DNA of 64,000 nucleotides from Eledone cirrhosa (lineage: Eukaryota). The notes beneath the pieces were generated by a model. That model did not search any database and had not been told where the DNA came from. It saw only the letters and a program-made list of their open reading frames with translations. Below, piece after piece: positions 27,053 through 42,439 of this stretch. Within the stretch, counting starts at the first letter, position 1. Every line of letters starts with the position of its first letter. The position numbers and the translations under genes are program-made. The DNA is taken from the NCBI GenBank assembly GCA_964016885.1, contig OZ024741.1, forward strand, positions 306,714,001 through 306,778,000, in the 5' to 3' direction.

Positions 27053-30000
27053 CTTTAACTTTGATAGGTTTTAGCCAGTATTGGCCCAGGCCATGTTTAA
27101 CTTAATAGTACGACCTGGTGAAGTTTTAAAATCAGGATTTGGGCACAATGGCCCACTCAAGTAGAGAGTTATTGTTTACGGAAGCATATCCGGGTGCAGG
27201 AGTTTTATCTGGGATTTCTTGAAGGAATTTGTTCAAAGACACCTTAATGTTAAAGAAAGCAGGGCCAATTGAGGTGAAATAATTGTGCCATAGTGTTGTT
27301 ATGAGATGCGAGTGAAATTTTTGTCATGGGCAGATCGCACATGACCCAATCTTTGGGTGTACCTTAGAGGTGATAATTATGAAATAATATATATGAAATT
27401 AGTTTGCTCCAATTTAGTTGGACATGAACAATATATGATTTTGATACAATGGTAATGAAGTGAAATCTTCTTGCATACATATAATGGTTTATGAAGTTTA
27501 ATTGATAATGTTCAGTAAATTATTTGAAAATTTTGTTTTAGTTTAACATTGTTCTTTTGATTGAGAGCATATCTGTTCATTACACTTATCCATGCTGATA
27601 TATAAGGATTTATAATGTTCAGTAGATTCTGTTGGAAAACAATGCTTTAATCTTACCTCGATCTTCTGATGGACGGCAATTATCTCCATTACACCTATCT
27701 GAACTCTCACCTTTGGTTCCTGAAAAATAATTGTTACATCATCATCTTTATGTCAACTTTTCTATGCTGGACATTTTTTGATACAATGCTTTACAGTTGG
27801 ATGCCTTTCATGATGCCAACCCTTTAGTCACCTCTTACATGATGCTAAGATACAGTTTATCTATTAAAAAAAAAAATGAGATACTGAATTTAAAGATGAT
27901 CTTTATCACTCACATAAGAATATGCAGTCTTTTAAATGTACCACAAGGAGAGAATATCACATAGACCATTGTCTCCAAGACTGAGAGAAAGTTTATACAC
28001 ACAAACAAAACTGCTTTTCATAGTTCCGAATCTTTAACAGTGTCGTATCTTAGTGCCCTAACTGTCAAGTCTATCTATTTTAAGCCAAATATAATACATA
28101 ATTACACTATATTCATTTTTAATCTGTAATATTTGCTCAAGCTCAAAAGTGTGCCTGGGCTAACAAATTCCTACTCAAACTATATTTGAATAAAATAATT
28201 CACAATGACTTTAATTCCTAATTTTCCAAAGAAAATTAACTTTGTTTCAATTTCATAAATGTTACATGAACAAATATTTCCTCTGTACTATATTAATTCC
28301 ACGATTTTTGGAAAATGGGGATATTAATTTATTGAGTTAAAAGAACATTACAAATGCCTAAACAACATTACAAATTTCTCACAATTCAATCAGGAGAAAA
28401 TTACAAATATGATGCCATTAATAAACAAAATTAATAAACACAAATATAAATGCATAAAAGAGAGAAAAAAAAAGATGATGTAAAAAAGGGGGAGGGGGGG
28501 GGATCAAAAACGAAATTTGAAAATTTGGTGACCCCTTCCATCTTCCTCTCCATCATCATCATCATCATCATGTAACGTCCATCTTCCACGCTAGCATGGG
28601 TTAGACAGTTTTGTTCCATTTGATGTGGGAATGGTAGGTAGACCATGTCTCGCTCACACGGAAACAACCCTAGCAGGTTTTTATTACAGCTGGATGCCCT
28701 TCCTAACACCAACCACATTTACAGTGTGAACTGGGAGCCTTTTCACTGTGTCTCCTACATGGCCACCTTACAGTGTGGACTGTTGTGCCATCGACACAGT
28801 GGATGGAACAGGAGAGGGACGGCGTGGTAGGGTGTGGCGGTGGGGTGTACATTGAGTTAAGAGGTGCGTACTGACTGTAGGTTTGTATGCAATGGTAGTC
28901 GGGTTTTCTGTACAACTGCATAGCGCCAAAGGTCTCGATCCAGTGTCATTGTCATAGAGATTTGTAGGTGGGCAAGGTCAATTTTTATCACCTCGTCCCA
29001 GGTTTTTCTTGCTCTACCTACTCCAACAGCTTCCATCACTTTTCATTGCCCTGTACTTTTTTATACAGCTGTCGTTCTTCATATGCATCACATGTCCATA
29101 TCAAGGCAATCTCCTCTCCAGAACACAACATTTGATACCTCTTATGCTTAGTCTCCCTCTTAGTATATATTTTTTTCTATTCTAAGGCGGGTAAAATTCC
29201 CGAGATCCATGGACGACTTCTCTCCAGAGGTCTCTGTCCCTCATTACCGCTGCCATGTCCTGCGTCTCCAACAGACCAGTGTCTGTCCTTAGGGCATCAA
29301 CATACGTTAACCTTGGTCTTCCTCTTCTAGTGTGTCCATGTAGAGGCTCCCAAAGGAACACTGAGTGCAATGTCAACTCTGGATGTCGGTGAGCATGTCC
29401 AGCTAACTTCAGTCTCCTCTGTGTCACTTTTGAGCTGACTTTTGGGATGCTCCCATACAGCTCTGAGTTTTTCATCCTCAGTGTATACTGATTAATGTTC
29501 AGCGCCATCCTCAGCATTCTCGTGTAGCACCCATCCACCATCTGAGTGAGTTTCTTGGTCAGTGTCCAAGTCTCAGACCCATACAGCAGTACAGACTCCA
29601 CTACAGCCATGAAGAGGCGGATATTCCGGTCTCTACGAAGATCCAACTTCCACACTGATCTCAAGCTGTGGCACGCCGCCCAGGCCTTGCTCTTCCTCTC
29701 AACCACAACAAACCGCCGTATTCCCAATCTTTGCTCCCAAATACAGGAAGCCCTCAACCAATTCTAGTGGCTTCCCGCCTACATTAGTGATCCCCTCTGG
29801 CTTCTCAACATTCTCTACCAGATATTTTGTTTTAGTCTCATTCATTCTCAGCCCCACACTCATCGACACAGTCTCAACCTCCCGCATCAAATCCTCTGCC
29901 TCCTTCACTGTATTTGTCACCAAAACTATGTCGTCGGCAAATTCAGCATCTGTTACCTTTTTCGCCCTTACTCTCCTGCTCTGAGCCGGTGCTACAGTAA

Positions 30001-32903
30001 AGCCAGAGTCCTGGTGTTTCTCCAGTGCAAGGCGCATACAATAATCCACTACAATGATAAAAAGGTAGGGAGCCAATGTATCTCCCTGGAGCACTCCAGC
30101 CAGTATCTCAAAGAACTCTGTCATCCCATCAGGTGTAATGACTTGGGCTTTGGTGTTGGTGTAGAGCAGTGATATCAGGTCCACTATCTTCTTGGGGATT
30201 CCATAAGCCTGTAAGATCTTCATCAGGCAGTAATGGTCCACAGAATCAAAGGCCTTCCTAAAGTCAATGAAAACCATGACCGCAGGAAGGAACTTTGCTC
30301 TAGCTCCCTCTCATATCCTCCTCAGCATCAGGATGTGACTGGTGGTTGATCTACCCTCTCTGAAGTCGTTCTGGTTGTCCCTGAGCTTCTTCTCCATCTC
30401 AGGCTGGATCCTGTTAAGAATCATCCTGTTGTGTTGAGGGTCTTTTCAACAAGTGACGTCAGTGAGATCCCCCTGTAGTTGTTGGTGTTAGAGAGATCTC
30501 CCTTCTTTGGCACTGGGACGATGTTACTGATCCTCCACTGATTCGGGGCAACTCCTTTCTCCAGTGCCCCGTTACAGAACCCCAGGATGATATCATCAAA
30601 ATCACACCTCTTCATCATCTCTGATGCCACTCCATCTTCTCCATGAGCCTTGCCCTCCTTGATCCCCTTCTTGGCTCTTTGAAGCTCCTCTCTGGTGAAG
30701 GGCTCTGTCTCAACATCCAGTTCCTCAAACAGCCGCCTGATCTCCCCAGTGCTCTGGGCTGTGGAGGGTGGCTCTCCTAGTAGGGTCCTAAAATGGTCTA
30801 GCCATTTCCTCTTCCTATCCTCGGGCCCCATTCCCTGGATCTGACTCGAACACCTTCTCTTCCTCCCTGTGATCTCGTTGATGATCATCCAGCTCTCCTT
30901 ACATCCAGATCTGTCAACTGCTCTCTCCACACTTCTGATCTTCTCTATCAGTGCCTCCTCTCTGACCTCAGTGTAAGCGGTACAGAGTTCTTCCCTCATC
31001 ACCTCCACAGTCTCCGTCCTCTCCTCCGTAGGATCAGCATAGAATTGGTCCTTGGCAGCTTTCAGGTGTTCTCTGGCTGCACACACTTTAGGGTTTGCAG
31101 AGCTGACGTGCTTCCTTTTGTTCTTTTTCCTTGGCACCAGGGTTTCACTTGCTTCTGCCACTGCATTGGTGAAGTGCCCGTACCTCCTCGTCACACTCTC
31201 CTCAGTCCATCCAATCTCTCTCTCCTCCGACTCTCCACACAGAGCACTAAACCTGTTTCTCACTTCCACTGTGAACCTCTCCTGTAGCTTATCATCTTCC
31301 TTGAAAGCTCCCCAGTCATAGATTGCTCTCCGGAGCCGATCCTTTCTCTTTCTTAAGCTCACCCGGACCTCACTCATAACAAGCCGGTGGTCACTATCCA
31401 GTGTACTGAAATAGTTGTATCGTTCCGTGTTCAGAACACTATTCCACCACTTTTTCCTCACCAGAATGAAATCAATCTAGGACCTGGACAGGTGCATATC
31501 TGAGATGTAGGTCCACATCTTCCCCAGATTCTTCCTAAACCTTAGGTTGGTCACCATCAAGTTCGCCTCCAGCAGGGTGTCACTCAGTAGTCTTCCATTT
31601 CGGTTGGTGTTGTTATGGAAGTACCAGCAAGGATCTTCACTGCCCTCCTTACTCAGATGTGCATTGAAGTCCCCCAAAACAAGCAGGATATTGTGTGCCT
31701 GAGTGGTGTTGACAGCTCTACACACCTCCTCATGAAACTCTTCCGCACTCACATCACTGTCCCCCTCGGCTGGACTATAGGCTGAGATGACTGTCAGTCT
31801 TGGGTTTCCATTGAAGGTCACCCTCAACACTCGCGGGGAGATAGGCATTATTTCCCTCACCAACAGATTGGTTTTGGCACTGAACACAAAACCCACTCCT
31901 CCTACTGCAGCATTTGTTGTGTTCTTCACTGCCGATGCAGTGATGAGCTGGCTCCTCTTCCCGATCATCACACTCCTCACGGGCTCATCGTGTAGGATCC
32001 TGTGTTCTTGGATCGCAAGTATCTATATACCACTCTCCTCGAACAGATGTCCCAACTCCTCTCTCTTCTCCAGCGTCCGAATAGTCCTCAGATTCAAAGT
32101 GCCCATTTTGATGGCTCTTCTGCAGGACAAAACTGCATTCTCTATATTTGTCTCAGAGACAGCTGATCCATCATCCACTGGCCCTCCCTGTGGCTCTAAG
32201 CCAGCAGATTCATAACGACCAGGCCGCTCCTTGACAGTGCAGTTAGGGGCTCTAACATTAGTGCTGTTAGATCGACTCTCCATATTTCTTTTCAATGGCT
32301 GACAATACCTTACCGGCGCCACTCGAATAAGGTAGTTATTTAACCCATAAATGGGCCAGGGCAGACCTGGGAGTCATGACAACTAAGGGGTAACTCCACA
32401 TTCCCCACAACTCCTGAACTCCCGAACTGGAGCCTTGCCACTGGATGTAGTTTAATGTCATACCCAGTATGTGTATATATATATATATATACACACACAC
32501 ACATGTACACATGTATATATATAGAGATATACATATATACATATATGTGTGTGTACATAATCATCATCACCTTTTTATCTTTTTTTTACATCTGTTTTCG
32601 CTGCTAGTATGGGTTGGAAACATCCTCATTGTTCGTGACTAACTGATTTGGGGAACCATATTTTGGTTTCTATGACTACATTCCTCTTCCTATTACTGAC
32701 AGTGTACTGTTCACATATGAAAGATACTTTTTACAGAAGTACAAATTTATGAAAATGTTATAAAATATTCAGTACGATAGAATATTGTCACAAAATAAAT
32801 AAATGCCAACACAATACTAGTGTAAGCCATTTAAGTTTATATAGAGGGTATCCCCAAAAATGAATACACACATCAACAGCAGATAACTCAAATGTGTATA
32901 CAC

Positions 32904-32973
<70 letters not shown>

Positions 32974-33025
32974 CAGTATTTTCCATAGAGTTGTAATATA
33001 AATATTACACACAGTAAATGGAAAG

Positions 33026-33089
<64 letters not shown>

Positions 33090-36000
33090 CTTTGATAGGT
33101 TTTAGCCAGTATTGGCCCAGGCCATGTCTAACTTAATAGCACCACCCGGCGAAGATTTCAAATCAGCATTTGGGCATCATGGCCCACTCAAGTAGAGAGT
33201 TATTGTTTACGGAAGCCTATCTGGGTGTAGGAATTTTATCCGGGATTTCTTGAAGGAATTTGTCCAAAGACTCCTTGAATGTGATGGGGTCTGTTTCCGT
33301 ATTAATGTGTTTTGGTGTAATGTTAAAGAGAGTAGGGCCAATTAAGGTGAAATAATTGTGCCATAGTGTTGTTATGAGATGCGAGTGAAATTTTTGTCAT
33401 GGGCAGATCGCACAGGACCCAAGCTTTGGGTGTACCTTAGAGGTGATAATTATGAAATAATATATATGAAATTAGATTGCTCCAATTTAGTTGGACATGA
33501 ACAAAATATGATTTTGATACAATGGTAATGAAGTGAAATCTTCTTGCATACATATAATGGTTTATGAAGTTTAATTGATAATGTTCAGTAAATTATTTGA
33601 AAATTTTGTTTTAGTTTAACATTGTTCTTTTGATTGAGAGCATATCTGTTCATTACACTTATCCATGCTGATATATAAGGATTTATAATGTTCAGTACAT
33701 TCTGTTGGAAAACAATGTTTTAGTCTTACCTCGATCTTCTGATGGACGGCAATTAACTCCATTACACCTATCCGAACCCTGACCTTTGGTTCCTGAAAAA
33801 TAATTGTTACATCATCATCTTTATGTCAACTTTTCCATGCTGGACATTTTTTGATACAATGCTTTACAGTTAGATGCCTTTCATGATGCCAACCCTTTAG
33901 TCACCTCTTACATGATGCTAAGATACAGTTTATCTATTAAAAAAAAATGAGATACTGAATTTGAAGATGATCTTTATCCATCACATAAAAATATGCAGTC
34001 TTTTAAATGTACCACAAGGAGAGAATATCACATAGACCATTGTCTCCAAGACTGAGAGAAAGTTTATACACACAAACAAAACTGCATTTCATAGTTCCGA
34101 ATCTTTAACAGTGTCAAATCTTAGTGCCCTAACTGTCAAGTCTATCTATTTTAAGCCAAACATCATTACACTATATTCATTTTTAATCTGTAATATTTGC
34201 TCAAGTTCAAAAGTGTGCCTGGGCTAACAAATTCCTACTCAAAATATATTTGAATAAAATAATCCACAATGACTTTAATTCCTAATTTTCAAAAGAAAAT
34301 TAAATTTGTTTCAATTTCATAATGTTACATGAACAAAAATTTCCTCTGTACTGTCTGACTAGAAATTTCAGCCAGTTAAATATAATAAACTGCTACTATT
34401 TTCCAAAGAAAATATAGCTTTTCTTTCAACATTATAAGTGTTATATGAACAAAATATATTCCCTCAAACACTCAAGCCCGAACATTTCATCCAGGTAAAA
34501 TTAACAAGCTGTATGATGCAAAAGAGGTGCAAGTGAATATGTTTAAAGTTTGGTTGTGTCAGCTGCAATCTCTCTTTATTAGGGAATATGTATATTGTGT
34601 GTATGTATGTATGTATCTATAAGATTTACAAAACTCAGAGCCAATAAAATGTCAGAACAATCAATGCAAATTTGTAATCATATCACCTCTATTCGAAGGA
34701 TAAGCAGAGTGGTTATATGTCATTGTAAAATATTTGCATCAATAAAAATACCTTCACTACGAATATATAAGATTTCTCAGAAAACAATGAAATAGCAAAA
34801 ACATCACACATGCCTTAAATACTGTACTTTACTCAGTTTGCTAAAAAAAATAAAATGTTGCCAAATCTCATTCAAAAACCCCATCCAGCAATCTTATGTA
34901 TGGTGTGTTTTAACAAAATTCAATAAAAATGTTATGTCCTTTTTTATATTAATATATTTACTGTCTTGAAACAATTTTCGTTTCATTCAATGTCTTATTA
35001 ATATTAGGGAGGTGGGGATTGACCATGAGATACAGATATTAATTCCACGATTTTTGGAAAATGGGGATATTAATTTATTGAGTTAAAAGAACATTACAAA
35101 TGCCTAAACAACATTACAAATTGCTCACAATTCATTCAGGAGAAAATTACAAATATGATGTCATTAATTAACAAAATTAATAAACACAAATATAAATGCA
35201 TAAAAGAGAGAAAAAAAAAGATGATGTAAAAAAGGGGGAGGGGCGGGGGGAATCAAAAACAAAATTTGGAAATTTGGTGACCCCTTCCATCTTCCTCTCC
35301 ATCATCATCATCATCATCATGTAACGTCCATCTTCCACGCTAGCATGGGTTAGACAGTTTTGTTCCATTTGATGTGGGAATGGTAGGTAGACCATGTCTC
35401 GCTCACACGGAAGCAACCCTAGCAGGTTTTTTTACAGCTGGATACCCTTCCTAACACCAACCACATTTACAGTGTGGACTGGGAGCCTTTTCACTGTGTC
35501 TCCTACATGGCCACCTTACAGTGTGGACTGTTGTGTCATCGACACAGTGGACAGAACAGTGGGGTAGGCCATGTCTAACTTAATAGCACCACCCGGCGAA
35601 GATTTCAAATCAGCATTTGGGCATCATGGCCCACTCAAGTAGAGAGTTATTGTTTACGGAAGCAATCTGGGTGTAGGAGTTTTATCCGGGATTTCTTGAA
35701 GGAATTTGTCCAAAGACTCCTTGAATGTGATGGGGGTCTGTTTCTGTATTAATGTGTTTCTGTGTAATGTTAAAGAGAGTAGGGCCAATTAAGGTGAAAT
35801 AATTGTGCCATAGTGTTGTTATGAGATGCGAGTGAAATTTTTGTCATGGGCAGATCGCACAGGACCCAAGCTTTGGGTGTACCTTAGAGGTGATAATTAT
35901 GAAATAATATATATGAAATTAGATTGCTCCAATTTAGTTGGACATGAACAAAATATGATTTTGATACAATGGTAATGAAGTGAAATCTTCTTGCATACAT

Positions 36001-39000
36001 ATAATGGTTTATGAAGTTTAATTGATAATGTTCAGTAAATTATTTGAAAATTTTGTTTTAGTTTAACATTGTTCTTTTGATTGAGAGCATATCTGTTCAT
36101 TACACTTATCCATGCTGATATGTAACGATTTATAATGTTCAGTACATTCTGTTGGAAAACAATGTTTTAGTCTTACCTCGATCTTCTGATGGATGGCAAT
36201 TAACTCCATTACACCTATCCGAACCCTGACCTTTGGTTCCTGAAAAATAATTTTTACATCATCTTTATGTCAACTTTCCATGCTGGATATTTTTTGATAC
36301 AATGCTTTACAGTTAGATGCCTTTCATGATGCCAACCCTTTTAGTCACCTCTTACAAGATGCTAAGATACAGTTTATCTATTAAAAATAAAAATGAGATA
36401 CTGAATTTAAAGATGATCTTTATCCCTCACATAAAAATATGCAGTCTTTTAAATGTACCACAAGGAGAGAATATCACATAGACCAGTGGTCGCCAACCTT
36501 TCTAAAACCGAGGAACCCTCTAAATATTTTGAATTCTTCACGGAACCTATACAATACAAAACTTTTCAAAATAAATAATAAAGTATTTATTTATTTTAGT
36601 GTTTCATGCGTGTGTATTTAATCGAACACAATGGCTTTACTGCTGCTGCGCCTCATCAGTGAGTTTAGAAAATCGAGCTTCAACACTAGTTAATGCCAGT
36701 TTCATACACTCGTCAATTGCTGACAGTTTATTCCTCTTCTTTGTGCAGATTTCCACCAACTGCGAAAACCCTTTTTCGCACAAATAGCTAGATGGGAATA
36801 AAGTCAAATACTTCAATGCAAGTTGGCTGATTTCATTAAACTCCCCAATCAAGAATAAGTCGATCCATAGTTCTTTCTTTCTGCTTTCGAATATCACTTT
36901 CAGGTCTTCGTTTGAATTCAAATCCATCAACTGATGTAAGCATTGGGCAGGTAGTAAATTTTTACAATTTCCAGCGTCATTTTCTGACACTAACTGCTCG
37001 ATCTCGGTGAACGGGTTTTTTATCCATAAATTTCCGCTAACAATATCTTTTTCCATCAAGTCAAAATAATCTGAAAAACCTGTGGAAAGCACATTTAAAT
37101 GAGAAAGAATAATCTGGAGTCAAAATTTTCTCTCTTTCTTAGCTCTATTTCAAGGTTTAAAAGTAATTGACCGATTCAATTCTTTTTATAAAGATGTTTA
37201 ATTTTGATTGAAAATATGTAATAAAATTGATTGAAGTAAAAATATCTGCATTGTTACCCTGAAGACACTTATTTAGTTTGTTCAGTTCACCAAAAATGTC
37301 TACTAAATAAGCGAGTTGCACATTCCATTCATTGGTTTCTAATACACTTGCTCTTTCATCATTCTGTTTTTTTAGAAAAACTATTATTTCTTCTCTCAGT
37401 TCAAAAACTCTCTTCATAGTATCCCCAAAAGACAGCCAACGCACATCATTGTTCAATAACAATCTATCATAATTACTTCCAGAAGATTCACAAATAGATT
37501 CAAACATTCTAGAATTTTTTGCTCTTGCATGGATCGAATTGATAATTTTGACAATGTCTTTCAGCTGGTCATTTAATATTTGAGCATCTCTGTCTTTGAA
37601 TTTTTTTTAACACAAAACCTCTCAATGAATCATACAATGATTTGAAATACAATTTGGGGTCTGTTCTTTAATTTTTGCAATCAAACCAGAATTTTTACCA
37701 GTCATTGCAGCTGCTCCATCTGTTGTTATTGAAGTCAACTTGCTCCAAGATACACCATTTTTTAAAAAATACTCTTCAATTTTATTGAATATATCTTGAC
37801 CTTTAGTTGTGATGTCTAATGCCAGACAAAACAAATACTCTTCTACTAATTCTTTTTTATCAAGGTCTACAAAGCGTACATAGCAAATTTATTGAGCCTT
37901 GTTATTAATATCCGTAGTTTCGTCCACTTGCAGTCCAAAACATGGGCTTTTCTTTAGTGCAGTTAGTATCTGATTTTCTATATCAGAAGAAATATCAATT
38001 ATCCCTCTTTTTACGGTATTTGCTGACAATGGTAACTGGCTTGATTTTTCTTTGTCCTTAATACTGCAGCTTTCAAAAATATTCTCTGTAGCAATTTTTA
38101 TACTTGGCAGAATTAACTGTTCTCCTAATGTAAATGGTTTCTTGTTTTTACCAATCAAATGTGAAATCTCAAAAGATGTTCTTGTTAAAGCTTTATTTCT
38201 ATCTGACTTTTTACAAAACAAGTCATACATATTAGCTTGTGATTTTTCATGTTGTTTTTCAGCGAAGTAAAGTATTCCAGTGACTTGTTTTTATCATTGG
38301 TGTGATTAGTATCAATGTGTCTTTTAAGTTTTGCAGGATTTAAACAGCTATTTGATAGAACTTTTGAACATAGCAAACACATGGGCTGATCTGGTGTATC
38401 TTTTTTAGTGTATCTTTTTTAGTGTCAGCTTTTTTAAATCCATATCTAACATAATCATCATACTACTATCTAACCTTACTGTTGGTATCTAACTTCAGCT
38501 TCTTTGCAGTAGACATCATATCAATGTTATTTATCTACAGTTAACATTTTTAATATGACAAGAGAAATTAACAGTTTTTTTAATTACAAAAAGTACTTAA
38601 ATTAACTTTAAATTTAGATATTTGGAAAAACTTAACTAGTTTAAAAAAATTTTAATTTTTAAAAATTGAAATTTCTCCATTTTAGGATGGCAAACATATT
38701 ATTTAACGTCTTATAATAATATTAAAATATTAGGGGTTACTGAAAAAGGTACAAATTTATGAACTAGAAGAAATTTTTTTCAGAGTCCAGCACTTCCTGC
38801 ATATACTACTTTAGGGTCGTATTAAATATTATTGGTAATGTAAATATATTTCATCAAATGAATACATAATTGTGTGGCAAAGTTTATAGTGTATGCATGG
38901 AATACAAAATTACCTTTGTTAGTAGTCAAAACTTTACAGGCATTATATTTTCTCTGCAAAGTACAACAGAATGTAACGTGTTCTTATTTAGAATTGTCTG

Positions 39001-41970
39001 TGGAACTGGATGCATGTTGAAAACGACTAGTAAGCGAGTTCACTCAGTGAGGAAACTTTAGACGACTTTAAAGCTTTTGTGAGGGCAGCAGATTAAAACG
39101 TGTTCTCTATTGAAAACATTCTACTGAACTTACGTTGTGAGAACAGCGAACTGACCCTGCCTCTTGGCTGAGAGACCTCGCTGAACTGAAGTTTTCAGTT
39201 TAAAGTTATGCTGTCATCGACCAACATTTACTTGTTCGTGATTGGTCAATTTCTAAGTTCAATTAGTGTATTATCAGTAGTAGTCAAATTCTCGGAATTC
39301 AGAAAACTATGTCTTTCCAAGAATTGATGTGAAATTGAAAGTATTCAATTTCCACGAATCTCAGAACAGTGTTTTTCTGCTAATTCATGTGAGAAACTGA
39401 AAGTAGTGTTTTCCACGAATTGGAGTGGAGAACCTGTGTACACTACAATAGTACTCGTTCATTTATACATTGCTCCTTTGGCATTTTCTTTGCACCTTTG
39501 GCATTTTCTTTGCACCTTATTCAGAAAACCCAAAATATTAATGGTAATGTAAATATTTATTTTTTTAAGGAACCCGGAGTTTGTTTTACGGAACCCCAAG
39601 GTTCCGCGGAACCCATGTTGGCGACCACTGACATAGACCATTGTCTCCTAGACTGAGAGAAAGTTTAAACACACAAACAAAACTGCTTTTCATAGTTCCG
39701 AATCTTTAACAGTGTCGTATCTTAGTGCCCTAACTGTCAAGTCTATCTATTTTAAGCCAAATATAATACATCATTACACTATATTCATTTTTAATCTGTA
39801 ATATTTGCTCAAGTTCAAAAGTGTGCCTGGGCTAACAAATTCCTACTCAAAATATATTTGAATAAAATAATCCACAATGACTTTAATTCCTAATTTTCAA
39901 AAGAAGATTAACTTTGTTTCAATTTCTTAAATGTTACATGAACAAAAATTTCCTCTGTACTGTCTGACTAGAAATTTCAGCCAGTTAAATATAATAAGCT
40001 GCTACTATTTGCCAAAGAAAATATAGCTTTTAATTCAACATTATAAGTGTTATATGAACAAAATGTATTCCCTCAAACACTCAAGCCAGAAAATTCAATC
40101 CAGGTAAAACTAACAAGCTGTATGATGCAAAAGAGCTGCAAGTGAATATGTTTACAGTTTGGTTGTGTCAGCTGCAATCTCTCTTTATTAGGGAATATGT
40201 ATAATGCATGTATGTATGTATCTATAAGATTTACAACTTTGAGAGCCAATAAAATGTCACAACAATCAATGCAAATTTGTAATCATATCACCTCTATTCC
40301 AAAGATAAGCAGAGTGGTTATATGTCATTGTAAAATATTTGCATCAATAAAAATACCTTCACTACAAATATATAAGATTTCTCAGAAAACAATGAAATAG
40401 CACAAACATCACACATGCCTTAAATACTGTACCTTACTCAGTTTGCTAAAAAAAAAAAATGCTGCCAAATCTCATTCAAAAACCCTATCCAGCAATCTTA
40501 TGTATGGTGTCTTTTAACAAAATTCAAGAAAAATGTTATGTCTTTTTTTATATTAATATATTCACTGTCTTGAAACAATTTCTGTTTCATTCAATGTCTT
40601 ATTAATATTAGGGAGGTGGGGATTGACCATGAAATGCAGATATTAATTCCGCGAATTTTGGTAAATGGGGACATTAATTTATTGAGTTAAAAGAACATTA
40701 CAAATGCCTAAACAACATTATAAATTTCTCACAATTCATTCAGGAGAAAATTACAAATATGATGTCGTTAATAAACACAATTAATAAACACAAATATAAA
40801 TGCATAAGAGAGAGAGAAAAAAAGATGATGTAAAAAAAAAGATGATGTAAAAAAGGGGGAGGGCAGATCAAAAACAAAATTTGGAAATTTGTTGACCCCT
40901 TCCATCTTCCTCTCCAAACATGACAGCATTGAAAACTGGATGGATCCCACAATAACGCTAGATGTCATTCACAATCCTTATGACCACTAATGCTTCCCTC
41001 CTTCAGCAAGCAACAAGTAGCCTATCCTTGCTCTCATACCCCACTCCACTTTGTATCACTGTCTTTCCAGTGAGACGAAAGACACCAGTGCCCGAGAGTT
41101 GATGTCTGGTATTGCTGGTGCCACAATAAATTGCACTTAGCCCACAGTGCAGGTGATAAAATGCACAAAGTCCACAATATCAGGTAATAGTGGTGGTACC
41201 ATAATAAACCACATCCAGTACATTCCTTGAAATAGTTAGCAGTAAGAAGGGTGTTTAGCCATAGAAACTATGCCTAAATAGAATATATGAATAAGAAACA
41301 GTTATCTGACCTGTCGACCTTCAAAACATTTCAACCCATCTCATCCATGCAAGCATCACCATCATCATCATCATTATCGTGTAACGTCCATCTTCCACGC
41401 TAGCATGGGTTAGACAGTTTTGTTCCATTTGATGTTGGAATGGTCGGGAGACCATGTCTCGCTCACATGGAAGCAACCCTAGCAGGTTTTTTTGCAGCTG
41501 GATACCCTTCCTAACACCAACCACATTTACAGTGTGAACTGGGAGCCTTTTCACTGTGTCTCCTACATGGCCACCTTACAGTGTGGAGTGTTGTGTCATC
41601 GACACAGTGGATGGAACAGGAGAGGGACGGTGTGGTAGGGTGTGGCGGTGGGGTGTACATTGAGTTAAGAAGTGCGTACTGACTGTAGGTTTGTATGCAA
41701 TGGTAGTCGGGTCTTCTGTACAACTGCATAGCGCCAAAGGTCTCGATCCAGTGTCATTGTCATAGAGATTTGTAGGTGGGCAAGGTCAATTTTTATCACC
41801 TCGTCCCAGGTTTTTCTTGCTCTACCTACTCAACAGCTTCCATCACTTTACATTGCCCTGTACTTTTTTATACAGCTGTCGTTCTTCATATGCATCACAT
41901 GTCCATATCAAGGCAATCTCCTCTCCAGAACACAACATTTGATACCTCTTATGCTTAGTCTCCCTCTTAG

Positions 41971-42004
<34 letters not shown>

Positions 42005-42406
42005 TGTACACATGTATATATATAGAGATATACATATATACATGTATGTGTGTGTACATAATCATCATCATCTTTTTATCTTTTTTTTACATCTGTTTTC
42101 GCTGCTAGTATGGGTTGGAAACATCCTCATTGTTGGTGACTAACTGATTTGGGGAACCATATTTTGGTTTCTATGACTACATTCCTCTTCCTATTACTGA
42201 CAGTGTACTGTTCACATATGAAAGATACTTTTTACAGAAGTACAAATTTATGAAAACGTTATAAAATATTCAGTACGATAGAATATTGTCACAAAATAAT
42301 TAAATGCCAACACAATACTACTGTAAGCCAGTTAAGTTTATATACAGGGTGTCCCCAAAAATATATACACACTTCAACAGTAGATAACTCAAATGTGTAT
42401 ACACCC

Positions 42407-42439
<33 letters not shown>

